A DNA stretch of 64,000 bases from contig OX597816.1 of assembly GCA_951406725.2 (NCBI GenBank), positions 158,906,001 through 158,970,000 on the forward strand. Direction: 5' to 3'. Every line of letters begins with the position of its first letter. The first letter of the stretch is position 1. This DNA is from Octopus vulgaris. Its lineage: Eukaryota. Both the position numbers and the translations under genes were made by a program. The notes under the pieces are model-generated. The model did no database searches. It was not told the DNA's origin and saw only the letters and a program-made list of their open reading frames with translations. Shown here piece by piece: positions 41,690-53,850 of the stretch.

Positions 41690-42135
41690 CCAGTCTTCAC
41701 GGGAAATGAAAGCCAAATTGTACTCATGGCTCTAGCTACCAACCAGAGAGACTCAGAAGTTTCCAGCTGGTTGATTGGGATTCAATCTTGGGTCGTCATG
41801 GTCAAGAAAATTACTGGAGGACTCTAGAAGTGACAGGTCATCATCTTTGGTCGAAAGAGACATTGATAATGCTCAAACGTCAAGAAGGCCGAGTTGGTTA
41901 AGCAGGCCTAGGACATCATCATCAATTCCAAGGGATTGGTGAGGGTCATTGCCTGGCATTTCAAGGTGACAGACTCTCACTGTGCAAGAAGATATCAGGT
42001 ATAAATTCTTCGTGATGAAGAAAGGATAGTTAATGTCAAGCAAGCCTCAGGAGAACTGTGTGACCATGTGACTCTCAACACCACGTGGTCCCCTATTTCT
42101 ACAGACTTGAAACCCCTTGATTGCTGTGTTCAGGA
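41690..42135 (+). mobile_element. Internally deleted Tc1/mariner (maT/DD37D-like) transposase relic
   Basis: Fragments translate QEDIRYKFFVMKKG*LMS and WSPISTDLKPLDCCV, resembling HEDLRYKSYVMRRGQFMS and WPPSSPDLNPLDY motifs. Confidence 0.6.
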
Positions 42136-42159
42136 CGATAGCACTTAATCCTCACTTGT

Positions 42160-42600
42160 AGTCACGAAAAATGGATGGTGCCCGAAAGAGTAGGATCGCA
42201 AATACAAGATGCCGAAATGGGGTTCCTCTGAAGGATCCCTAGAGTACCGTTACACGAGAGGGTGCGTAGCTCAGAGATCAGGGAGTCACTCCAGGTTGGG
42301 CCACTACTTTCAAACATTGAGAGACGACAACTCTGGTACTACGGACATGATGATTAGAAAATCGCAGGAAAGAATAGCAAAACAGATTTTTCAAACCGAA
42401 TCAGCCGGCAGGAGACATAGAGGGAAACCAAGAACGAGTTATTGGGTTATATCCATAGTCTCAGCGGGTCACGCTTGGGAGTCCATCTGGAAAGTCTGAT
42501 GCCAGTTACTGGTGATCGGACCCTATGGAGGAGGTGCCTGAAGATTCTACGCCGTCATTGCCCTCCCAAGAACAGTGGTCAGAGAAAATAAATGGATGTT
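42160..42600 (+). mobile_element. RTE (Expander/Rex3-like) LINE 3' fragment
   Basis: GHEKWMVPERVGSQIQDAEMGFL...RVRSSEIRESLQV.PLL..IERRQLWYYGH...GRRHRGKPRT; aatggatg tail. Confidence 0.8.
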
Positions 42601-43932
42601 ACTTGACTGATACTTTATTTTATGGGCACCAGAAGTATTAAAACCTAAGCTGCTTTTGGTGGGGTTTGAATACGGAACAGAGAGCTGTTAACTTAAAGAT
42701 TCTATCACCTCACCGCCCTATAGGAAATTATGATTTTTATAAAAATCATTGATTATTGGGGGAGATTGAGTCGAACATTCCTTGTAGTTTGTTCTCCATC
42801 TGTAGCGTTGGTACTGAGAGTGATTAGCTGAAATACGTGGACACCTACTTAAGTACTCCTCAAGCTTACAATGGATAGAAAGTGGGATTTGAACTCAGAA
42901 CGCAAAGCGCAGAAATACATTGCAACACTTTCGACTTTTTCACATCTCACTAATCCGCCACTCCGAACTAGCATTTAATTAATCGATCTCGTATTGATGC
43001 TCGGCAAAGTTGACCGCGGTGAAATTTCAACAAAAAATGCAAAGACTCGGAACAAACATCGCCGCTTTGGTGTCTCTTCCTTAGGACTCTTGCAGAATGT
43101 ATGATGGTACTTCTCTGCAGATCGACAATATGAGTTTCAATTTCAATTTCTATCAGTCTTTTAAGCAGCATTTTGGGTGTTGTGCACCAATTACTTCAGG
43201 AATGATTGTTGTCTTGGCTTCCTACAGTTTCCTCAGTTCTCTGGCTAGATCCTGATATTTCTCATTGTTTTTTAATTTCTTTGGTATAGACTCTCCTATC
43301 GCAGGGAATTGTAAAATTTACAATCTTACATTTTGTTTATTTTGTCCTCTATGATCATATCTGGTCTTCTTGCTTCAATAATATGGCCAGTCTTTATGGG
43401 GAAATTCCACAAGATCTTATAATTCTCATTTTTTTATCACAACCTCTGGTTCGTGTTCATACAACTTTTCTGTTATTTTAAAACCACATACCCGGCTAAC
43501 ACCCCAATGCACTCTTTTGCTTACCCAGTCATGTCTGTGTTTATACTCCTTTCTTAAGAGTAGACTGCACTCACTCAAAAGATGAGTGATACTTTCGTCT
43601 CCTCTTCTGCAGATTCTATGTTTGCTATCTGACTGAGTTTTGTTGATCTTTGTCTTTATCAAATTTGTTCCAATGGCTTGTTCCCGAGCGGCTAAAATCA
43701 ATGATTCGATCTCTTGTTTTAAGTTCCCAGCCGTCAAACAGCCAGCGTTCTTTACTTCCGGCATTCTCGGTTTGTTGCATGAATTGGCCATGTAGCTCTT
43801 TTTCGTCCCATTTGTTTGTTCTCTTGATAATCCTTTCCTCTTTGAATTTTCTTGCTGTTTCAGTCGCTTTCCAGGCATCTCTGGCTGCCGATAATATTCT
43901 TTCTTTACTCTACACAACATAATTTCTCATAC

Positions 43933-44190
43933 GCGGTTTCCTTGACGTTTAGGTTCTCCACCTGGACGGGACGCCGGTTCGTCGCAGGTGAGCTGCAAGA
44001 CGCAGGAGGAAAGAATAAGAGAAAGTTGTGGCTAAAGAGTCAGCAGAAGTTCGCCATTACCTTCTGCCGGAGCCGTGTGGAGCTTAGGTGTTTCGCTCAT
44101 AAAGACACACATCGCTCGGTCTGAGATTCGAAACCGCGATCCCTCGACCGCGAATCCGCTGCTCTAACCACTAGGCCATGTGTCTCCACA
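43933..44190 (-). mobile_element. Family C SINE nested in R4 LINE
   Basis: Reverse head tgtggagacacatggcctagtggttagagcagcggattcgcggtcg...ggtttcgaatc. Confidence 0.85.
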
Positions 44191-44488
44191 GACGCAGTAT
44201 TGCAGTAATAACAGTGTTTTCTGTGTTTAGTAATCCTCTAGCTCCTTCCTTCCTTGGTAGGTAGAGTCGGTCAGTATTACTTTTAGGATGGAATGCGTTG
44301 TGCATTGTTAGCAACTTTTTAATTCTTCTTTCCAAGTTCTGTAACTCGGCCTTTGTCCATTTCAGAAAGGGAGCAGAATATCTCAGTACTGGCATAGCCC
44401 ATGTGTTTTGTTCCCTTCTTTTAATTTTGTTTCGAGAATCTTCCTAATTGTTCTCTTGTACTCTCTAGTGACTTTCTCTTTCATTTCT

Positions 44489-44900
44489 TATTTCTTTATT
44501 ACCCACAAGGGGTTAAACATAGCGGGGACAAACAAGGACAGACAATGGGATTAAGTCGATTACATCAACCCCAGTGCGTAACTGGTCCATAATTTATCGA
44601 CCCCGAAAGGATGAAAGGCAAGTCGACCTGGACGGAATTTGAACTCAGAACGTAACGGCAGACGAAATACCTATTTCTTTACTACTCACAAGGGGCTAAA
44701 CACAGAGAGAACAAACAGGGACATACAAACGGATTAAGTCGATTATATCGACCCCAGTGCATAACGTACTTAATTTATCGACCCCGAAAGGATGAAAGGC
44801 AAAGTCGGCCTCGGCGGAATTTGAACTCAGAACGTAGCGGCAGACGAAATACCGTTATGCATTTCGCCCAGCGTGCTATCGTTTCTGCCAGCTCGCCGCC
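44489..44900 (-). mobile_element. Dimeric family B SINE nested in R4 LINE, 16-bp TSD
   Basis: tttctctttcatttct at 44473-44488 and 44901-44916. Confidence 0.92.
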
Positions 44901-45289
44901 TTTCTCTTTCATTTCTATTATCTTGCAGCACTCCTAGATATTTTTACCCTTCATTATTTCACAGCGATCTAGTGATGTTTTGTGGTAATTTTATGTCCGT
45001 ACTGTGCTGTGAAGTCAAATTTTCTTTTTCAGGGTCGATAAATGACCAATCATGGACAATGGATTGGCAGAATTATTAGAGCATGGAACGGGAGACTTTG
45101 CAATCTCTGTCATAATTTTGTACTGTCTGAGTTCAGACCTCATCTGCTCTTATCAGATAAACAGATACCTCGGGACTCGTTTGAAAAGTTCTTAAGCAAG
45201 TGTCAAACGATTGTTCACTGTGATAGCACACCAGGTGACAGGAGGAAATATAAAGGGATTTTCGAGTATTGTCTTGGGCCTTAGAACTC

Positions 45290-45472
45290 ATAGGGTCAGT
45301 TACCCGGGTTCCATGGCATATAAGTGACCGACATCACAACACTCCCTCTGAACCAGTCCATTGCAGGTTACCCTCTTACAGCTAAGTGAACTGGAGCAAC
45401 ATCAAATTAGTATTTTGCTCAAGAACTCAACGCACTACCTAGTCCAAGAATCAAAGCCACGTGCCTTCACCG
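45290..45472 (-). mobile_element. Family C SINE, internally deleted
   Basis: agccacgtgccttcac reverse head; ctggagcaac and cagttacccggg.tccatgg 3' module. Confidence 0.7.
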
Positions 45473-45519
<47 letters not shown>

Positions 45520-48020
45520 AATAGAACAAAAACGCAATAGAGGACAATAAAACCTCCAGACAGATCGACGATACAAAGGCGGACAGGAAAAACAACAATT
45601 AGAAGGACAGGGAGAAAAACGACGGGTCATTTGTGGCCTTCTTTTGTCAGTCAAGTTACAAGATGTCTTTACAGTTTCGGGCAGTTACACTTGAGACTGT
45701 TCGATCTGGTTGCCCCACCAAAAGTCTAAGCTAAGAGCTTTAGATTTTTTTGTAAGAAAGTTAGCGAATGTGTACGACAACAAAGACGAAAAACGGAGAA
45801 CATGGTATACAGTTACAAATACAAACAAGAACATAACAACAGGTGTCTTTCGACGGAAGACGAATCAAATTAAGCTGGCTTATGTAAAGTGAAAACCTTA
45901 AGGCAGGAACAAGAAAGAAAGATCATGGCTGACCGAATACCGGTCACGTAGAAGGAGGAGAGAGGGGTAGGGGCAGCGGGATTGAAGGATTAGAAAAATC
46001 AAAGAGACAAAGGGAAATGTACAGTGGAGATAAACGAGGAGGAAAAGTGGGAGTTAAAGAAAGAGAGAGCCAAGAAATGTGAGAGAGGGGGAGCGAGAAA
46101 AAGAAAAGAGGAAGAAAGTATGAAGGGGACTAAAAGATAGAGTAAAAGAATCGTAAAAAAATTAGATACATATTTACTGTAATGTGAGCAAAAGTGTACG
46201 TACGCCGCTATATGTATATATAAATATTTAAAAAATGGAACAAAAACACAATAGAGGACTATAAGACATATATATATATATACAAGCAAAGGCCTCTAAT
46301 TTGCTTTAGATTTCTAGATGAAATGCAAGCTATTTCAACATTTTCGATGTTCCAAAGCTTCATTATCATATATTTAGTACAATACTAACAATAACACGGC
46401 CAGATGAAGTAACTTATGTCTAGGGACATCCTGTCTAGTGGACGTCTCACCGTGGTGCAATGCTAAGGTTTCAGCAATTTTAATCCCTAGGCGGAATCGA
46501 TTTCATTGATGAGCTGTGCGACTTTCAAAAGAATATGATTATTGAGTTTTTAATCCCGTCAGCTGTACTTTAAAGCGATTAGCTGGTTAATTTACATTGG
46601 AATGGATTCAATAAGGAAATCTGAAGAAAGTCGAAGTAGTAGGAATTGTTTTCCTTCTTCATCTCATTCTTTAACACAACACAAATTTCAGAAACTAATG
46701 TTGGATCGGTACAAAACTGAGAAGAAAAGCGATGAAGAATTTGAATGATTAGGATTTAATATCGATAATCAACTCTTGTGCACGGGTCAAATAAATAAAT
46801 AGTATAAATAGAACTACAGTATTTCTATTAAATGCTCGCTTTCTCGTACTACAATTAGGGAATAAATTGCATTTTCTTGCCTTTCAAAGCGATGTTTATT
46901 AAGACGTGAGGTCTTAAAAATGACATCTAGATAACGAATCGCTTTAGGATGGTCGTGGGACTTCATTTAACTAGGTTTGTTGAGAGCAAAACAAGTGTTA
47001 GGCAAACTAATTAATATCGTTAACAAGATTTCGTCCCCATGATTGAAACACTATGGAATAAATTTTATGGCGTGAGGAATAAACAAAAGAAAACTTAGTC
47101 TGTAAATGTGCGAGGCCAACTGTTGCGTCAATTCTTCAAATTTTCGATAATATGATTATCAAGTACATGTTAAAATTTTTATTAATGATTACATTGCCTT
47201 ACGGTATAAAATTTATTCTGTCTTAAACTGTTTGACAACAGGATTTTGCTTCAATTGTATTTAATTAGATTACTATCACTCCCCACCCCTAAAAGAAATA
47301 TAAAGAAGGGTAGGGAAGAACTGGTAGAGTTGTTAGAGCGTTGGTTTGAACTTCTTGCAGTATTTGTTTCGGCTCTTTGAACTCCGTGTTCAAGTTTGGC
47401 CTTCATTGTTTTAAAGTTGATAAATTACCAGTTCATTACCAGCGGATTAGCGGAATTGTTACAGAGGTTGATGAGATGTCTTGTAGTACTGCCCCGGTCG
47501 TCTGCTTTCTGAATTCCAATTCTGCCCCTATATAACTACCTCTCGTGGTGGGAAACGAATTCGTCGGGCCCTCAACGAATAGTGATAAACCTCCAATGTA
47601 AGACAGTGCGATGCGTTGATTGGGGTGGAATGAGGACCCTGCACTAGAAAGGAGACATTCAATCAAATCTTCCTTAATTAGAGAATAATCTAAGTTGTTC
47701 CAAAAGATCTTACGAACTCGCGTTTCTATCAACTGTGAAAATTATTACATCCCAATTATGGGATGTATCTGTTCTATTTCACTGTGTGGCACTTTGTGCA
47801 AATTTCCTCTACCATAGTCTCGGGTTGACCGAGGTTTTTGAGTGAAACTGTCCGGAAGCCTGCCGGACGGGTTGTGCCTGTATTTTAAAGGCTCCTCTAC
47901 ACACTCGGTGCCACACTGGTTCAGCCCGAGAATTACATTAAGAGTACACGCGATTGGAATTTTCAACGTGCTAATTCAATGAACAAATAGTTGAGTTGAT
48001 CGTACAACTGAAAACTTATC

Positions 48021-48120
48021 ATTATTTACATTATTTACATTTGACGGATATTTGTCCTCATCTTGTTTGTTATTACACAACGCTTCGGCTGATATACCCT
48101 CCAGCCTTCATCAGACTGTA
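48021..48120 (-). mobile_element. 100-bp insertion with 12-bp TSD carrying a hammerhead-ribozyme-like core (Penelope-like fragment)
   Basis: TSD tgaaaacttatc (48009-48020, 48121-48132); minus strand CTGATGA-A-GGCTG-loop-CAGCC-GAAGC; tail (tgtaaataa)2. Confidence 0.75.
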
Positions 48121-48399
48121 TGAAAACTTATCGTTGAAACCGACGGAGATCCCTAAAACAAAAGCGAGATAATCGAGAGGCCTGAACTGGAGATAGTTGA
48201 TTGTTATCTCAAACTATGGAAGTGACGAAGTGGTCGAGTCTCTAAAGTGTCGAATAGGATATCTCGTAGTACTAGCTCCTGCGTTCTGCGTTCAAATCTC
48301 ACCTAAATCGTCTAAATGTCAGTCACAACGGCGTTTCTACAACTCCAGCTCACATGTTTATTGACAAAGAGTATAGTCGATTGATTTTTACTTTTACTT

Positions 48400-48715
48400 G
48401 CTGTATCTAGAGGAAGGAACAGCGCCTATTATCTGAATAGGTCCTCCGAGACAGTCAGTTTGATGCTGTTAATGTTCCATTTAAACTATTACAGGTCAGC
48501 TTCTGAAGGAAAGACATGAGAGGGGAGAAAATTCCACAGGGAAGATGTTTTGGGGAGGAAGGATTGAGCATAATTGTTAACATGGGGCAGGAGTATTTGG
48601 ATACAACAAGGATGACGAGAGGTGGAGAAACGAGTGATAGAGGTACGAAACCAGCTAGCTCAGCGGAACAGAAGCCATTACAGCAGCGATAGCAAAGATA
48701 GAGAGAGGAGACAAC
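48400..48715 (-). mobile_element. CR1/Zenon-type LINE 3' relic
   Basis: Minus frames read SSLYLCYRCCNGFCSAELA...SFLPKTSSLWNFLPSHVFPS...FKWNIN, typical of the CR1-group C-terminus. Confidence 0.7.
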
Positions 48716-48907
48716 CGGAGCGTATCGGTTTGTGACTGACTACCATATTGTTCAGTGGATTCTCAGGATTCGATCCCCAGTACATGACTGTATATTTTCT
48801 TCTGAGATGCGTGGGTGCATGCGCACACAAGTTTTACAACCAATACAAGAAAAATTGTGTTGCAGAAATGGTTAATTGCCTAAGATAATATAGTGATTAT
48901 TAATTGA

Positions 48908-49240
48908 GTGAAGGCGCGTGGCCAAGTGGTTAGGGTATTTGGATCACAATCGTAGGGTAGTGAGCTCGATTCCCGGTAGCTCGTTGTGTCCTTGAGCAAG
49001 TTACTTCATTTCACATTGCTCCAGTCCACTCAGCTGGCAATAATAAGTTGTGCCTGTATTTCAAAGGGCTAGCCTTGTCACATTCTGTGTCATGCTGAAT
49101 CTCTACTTGAGAACTACGTTAAAGGTATGCGTGTCTGTGGAGTGCTCAACCACTTGCACGTTAATTTCACGAGCAGGTTGTTCTATTGATCGGATCGACA
49201 GGAACCCTTGTCGTCGTAACCGACGGAGTGCCATTCTTTT
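48908..49240 (+). mobile_element. Family C-head SINE with alternative 3' module
   Basis: Same tRNA/CORE-like 5' half as the 5634 copy, but the 3' half is ttgtgcctgtatttcaaaggg...gtaaccgacggagtgcc. Confidence 0.85.
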
Positions 49241-49512
49241 TATTTATTATTAATTATTATGCATTCAGTGCAATTTTACTTTTATCTGATAGGAAAATCA
49301 TTTGCATAACGTAAAAGTTTTGTACGCACTGACTTGTCAAATTTAAAGAGAAGGTACTTATGTTATCGACCCAGAGCGATGAAAAGTCATTTTGAAATGG
49401 ACTTTAAACTCAGAACAAATGTTGTTGACGTCTTAATTCGCCATAATCATTTTTGTCATTGTAGCGTAATCTACAAAAAATAGAAGAGAAACAAACAAAA
49501 AACTCTACAATA

Positions 49513-49756
49513 CCTTTTACCTTTTACCTGTTTCAGTCACTAGACTGCTGCCATGCTGGAGCATCGCCTTGAAGCGTTTAGTCGAACAAATTAATCTCAG
49601 TACTTATATATTTTTACGTCTGACATTTATTGAATCGGTCACTTCTGGCTAAACCACCAAGCTACGGGGATATGAACAACCCAACAACGCTCGTCAAGCG
49701 GTGAGGAGACAAAAGCAAAGGCACACACTATATATATATATTTATATACACACACA

Positions 49757-49795
<39 letters not shown>

Positions 49796-49815
49796 TATGC
49801 ATACATACACATATG

Positions 49816-49856
<41 letters not shown>

Positions 49857-49930
49857 TACATATATACATACATATATATACTATATATATACATACATAT
49901 ATATACATATATATATATACATGCATATAT

Positions 49931-50009
<79 letters not shown>

Positions 50010-50095
50010 CATATATATACACGCACACATATATGTACACACATACATATATATACAAATACATGCATACATATACATATCTATCTATCTATCTA

Positions 50096-50148
<53 letters not shown>

Positions 50149-50295
50149 CGGGATTCCACACAGTTTCTGTCTACAAAATTCACAAACAAAGGCATTGTTC
50201 GCCAGAGAAGATATTTGCCCAAGGTGTCGTGGGACTGAATCAGAAAAGATGTGGTTGCAAAGCGAACTCCTTGACCACACAGCCTTGTCTGTGCC
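49513..50295 (-). mobile_element. Family A SINE with about 420-bp expanded internal microsatellite
   Basis: Tail at 49513-49720 and head at 50146-50295 flank a TA/CA tract at the usual internal position. Confidence 0.8.
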
Positions 50296-50361
50296 TAAAA
50301 GGTTATCCAGAACTAAATACCTAGAGGAAAAACAGTACATGGAAGGGTTGGTACTGTGAGT

Positions 50362-50570
50362 TTGTGTGACCCAGTGGTTAAGGCAGTTGTACTCAGGATC
50401 GTAAGATCGCAGTTTCCATTCCCGGACCAGGTGATGTGTTGCGTTCTTGAGCAAAACACTTTATTTCACGTTGCCCCAGTCCACTCAACCGTAAACGAGT
50501 GACCCTGCGACGGACTGGCATCCACATCATGGGGAGTGTTGTGATCCCAGTCATTTAAATGCCATGGACA
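50362..50570 (+). mobile_element. Family C SINE
   Basis: gtgacccagtggttaagg head, ttgagcaaaacact CORE-like segment, cctgcgacggactggcatcc V-like segment. Confidence 0.8.
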
Positions 50571-50578
50571 GTGACAGA

Positions 50579-50622
<44 letters not shown>

Positions 50623-50636
50623 GGTTACTGCTGCTG

Positions 50637-50668
<32 letters not shown>

Positions 50669-52027
50669 GTTGCTGGTACTACTACTACTACTACTGCTGC
50701 TAAAATTGGTACTAACGATGCAGTGAAAATTTATCAAGTTTAGTTGAAAATTACGACCACATATGTGTTTGTGTTTGTGTGGTGTGTGTGTATTTTGTGT
50801 GTGTGAGTGTGTGTGTATTTTGTGTGTGTGTGTATTTTGTGTGTGTGTGTGTTGGAGCAATCATTCAAATAACTCAATTTCTAGCTGGAATACTGTTGAT
50901 TTCATACTGAGGCACACGGCCGGAAATTATTTACTGAAGGCAATGAGTGAGTGACGTTCATGCCTCACCATGTCTTTCCCGAGTGTTAGATCGAGGAAGT
51001 TAGACTGGGCGTGTTAGATCTTAAAATACTTGCTATAGATGCAGCAACAACAGGGCCCAGGAGGGCCTGAATAATGCAATTTCATCATATTTTAATAAGG
51101 ATGAGGGTTCACTTATTCGGTGCAGTACCAGGGCCTATGAGCACGTAACGGTGGCCCAGGATACAAATTAAGTAACTGCATCCAAAAATCGAACGCCTTT
51201 CGACAGGCGATGCATGAATCTTGATTAAGGTTTCAGGTCGGTAATTTACAATACGAATGGGGCAAATATTTGCAACCAGTAAGTATTTTATTTTTAAATA
51301 TATTGCTAATGTAACTGGGAAATGGATGAAAGCCAGAACTGCACATTTCTTCTTCCAGTAAATCTGAGATGTCTTCTCTTTGCAAAATACCAACGGAGAG
51401 CGCCTTACGTTGTCTAACATCCTGCTGTGAACGACAGACAAATCGCTCTCAAATTACACACTGCAATTTTTTAAAAGGAGGACATATTGGATAACGTAAT
51501 GTCAGTCTAGTCAGATGCGCATGCTCGAAAAAAGTGGAAGACAAAAATGAAAGACAAGTGGTCGTGGCTGTAGTACCTTTGATCATATCTCTACTCAATT
51601 AGGGCTGACCTAGGGTTAAGGAACCACAGCCAGTAGTTATTTCTGTGATTAGGCATTGTGGTAGCAAGTGAAATAGGTATGAGTAACAATTCTGGTCTTT
51701 ATACTCTGACAAGTTACATAAAAATTTGCTGGAAAATTCCAGTGTTGTTAACACAAGATGTTTGACGACTCGTTCGGGGTTTAGCTCGGAGGATATTTCA
51801 CAAGAAATTTTCGAGGTTTTACTCAAGGTCAAGCAAGGGTGCAAATTTGGCGCACATACGCACACACGCACACACACACACACGCACTCATAATGCTTTC
51901 ACGCGGTTGTTTCTCAAATTCACTCACAAGGCGTTGGTCAGTCCGGAGGTTTTTGCAGAAAACACTTACCCAAGTTTCCCTGTTGTGGGATTGAACGCAA
52001 AACCTACACACATACACACACACACAC

Positions 52028-52063
<36 letters not shown>

Positions 52064-53674
52064 ACACACACACACACATGCACACACATCCAATCACAGG
52101 TATGAACTAATGAGCGATTACTGAGGAAGGAAGACGAGTGGGAGGCGGGAAATAGTTTAGGAAGTACAGCGGCCGGGTAATGAAATGTGCGTGGGTGGAG
52201 AAGCGATTGAGAAAGAAATAATGAATAAATATACAAATAAATAAAATATGTAGTCAAAGCAAAAGGCAGACAAAAGGCAAACATATTGAAATGAGTAAAT
52301 AAAAGAATATTTTAGGGATGGTTTGGTGAGTGGGATTGTAACGGTAGGCTGAGGAAAAAGCGTGTAAGAAAAACAAAGGCAGGCGATACATATTAAAGCA
52401 TATGGTGATGCATGTCATTGCTTTATGAAATAACATGGAAAGTTATTTAAGAACATGGACTACAAAGCAGTTGGCAAAAGCCACAGGGTGAGACTGAAAA
52501 ATGAACTGAAAAATAGTGTTATATGAGTATTTTTTTTAAAAATAGAATATTAATACCGAGCGTTTATTTTATTGTTTAGAGGATTTATAAATGGTCTACA
52601 TAGAAAACTTAATCAAATGAATAAGGAAGAAGGAAGGTAAAAGAAAAAGCAGGTAATTTTAATTTTTTAAGCTATTCAAGTATACTAATCAAGAGCGATT
52701 ATGAATGGATTTGGTAACATATTTACTAAGAGGGTTAAACGTTTGTGAAATCGATCAGCTCTGTAAAGTTATCAGTAATCTCTGTTTTAAAATAAATTTC
52801 TGAAGTTGGATGAAATATAACTAATATGTTTTATCGATCCATTTCTATAAAGATTTTTCATAGAAGTGTTTTTTTAATACCTGGATATATATCAAAAGAT
52901 TTAACAGGGTGCAAAAAATCTGCCTCGGGTCTTATTCAATGAAAATGGCGATAGAAATAACTGAGAGTTTGAGAGTTAAAGCTAAAATTTATAAGAACAA
53001 CGTAGGTAGTGTAATCGTAAAGGGTGAAAAAACAAAAATGGACAGATTAAGGTTCGTTAGGACACAAATCAGAAGAAATAAGGAAGCATTTCTTCCATGT
53101 TTAATAATTATTTCAACCTACTTACTTCAGGACTTGTCTTGTGGAGTACTTCTGCACCATCGTTGCCGTTTGGAGGTCTACAAGGAATTTCTGGAGGACA
53201 ATTCTGACATCGGGGAATATAAGTATTCAGAAAAACACCCCGATTCTCATACACACAACAGACTATCTAAGGGATAAGTATACTTGGTTCAGTTATATCA
53301 ACTAGCATTGAATAGCAGGTAACCCGCAGGGAAAGATTGTACAGAACTGATGTATTTGCTTCGTAAGAATCTGTACTCACAAAGTTAGGAGAAATATTTA
53401 ACTAAACGATAAAAAAAAATGATAAAAAAAAAATGCTTTCTATAAATGATAGGAGAGAAGACTTAAGAGCAATAATTATGACTAACTGATTTCTATAAAT
53501 TTTTGGTTCGGAATCTAATTCTGTATTTTTCCCGCTGGAGACTTTCGGATCGGAACAATTTTTCATCGTAACATATTTGAAGACATCTGGAACAAGCGGG
53601 CTGGAAGCTGGAACTGAAATGATAGCTGAGAAATAAGCTCATGCATTGCCTTAGCATTTAAACTGCAAGATCGT

Positions 53675-53850
53675 TGTCGATTGGAACAAGAATCATCCAA
53701 TAAGAACCGGTTATTTTTTGATTACGTCACTGCTTAAAACGGCTGTGTGAACCAATGAAATTTGTGCAGGCACTAATTTGCCACAGTCTCCCCCACAAAA
53801 GGCCATAGACTTTGCCTTTACTGATGACTCAAATAAATCTGAGTCATTTC
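53675..53850. promoter_or_regulatory. Candidate promoter/enhancer motif cluster
   Basis: ATTGG 53680, CCAAT 53697 and 53752, TTACGTCA 53722, inverted AP-1 pair ATGACTCA 53824 / TGAGTCAT 53840. Confidence 0.4.

Larger units (their letters stand above)
43070..44955 (-). mobile_element. R4/Dong-clade non-LTR retrotransposon 3' relic (end of RT, zinc knuckle, restriction-like endonuclease) with two nested SINEs
   Basis: KYLGVL (RT end), PVLRYSAPFLKWT, RLYLPRKEGARGL, ESLILAAREQAI.TN, RICRRGDESITHLLSEC, YKHRHDWV, KILWNF, IEARRPDMII, EKYQDLAREL; many frameshifts and stops. Confidence 0.9.

Noticed and set aside
51005-51160. Possible small hAT-like MITE (ctgggc...gcccag)
   Set aside because: TIRs very short and degenerate, no TSD found.
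52909-53277. 122-aa plus-strand ORF
   Set aside because: No recognisable motif, non-ATG start, no splice context.
53821-53850. CTGATGA followed by a hairpin as a hammerhead
   Set aside because: No GAAA after the stem; better explained as an inverted AP-1 pair.
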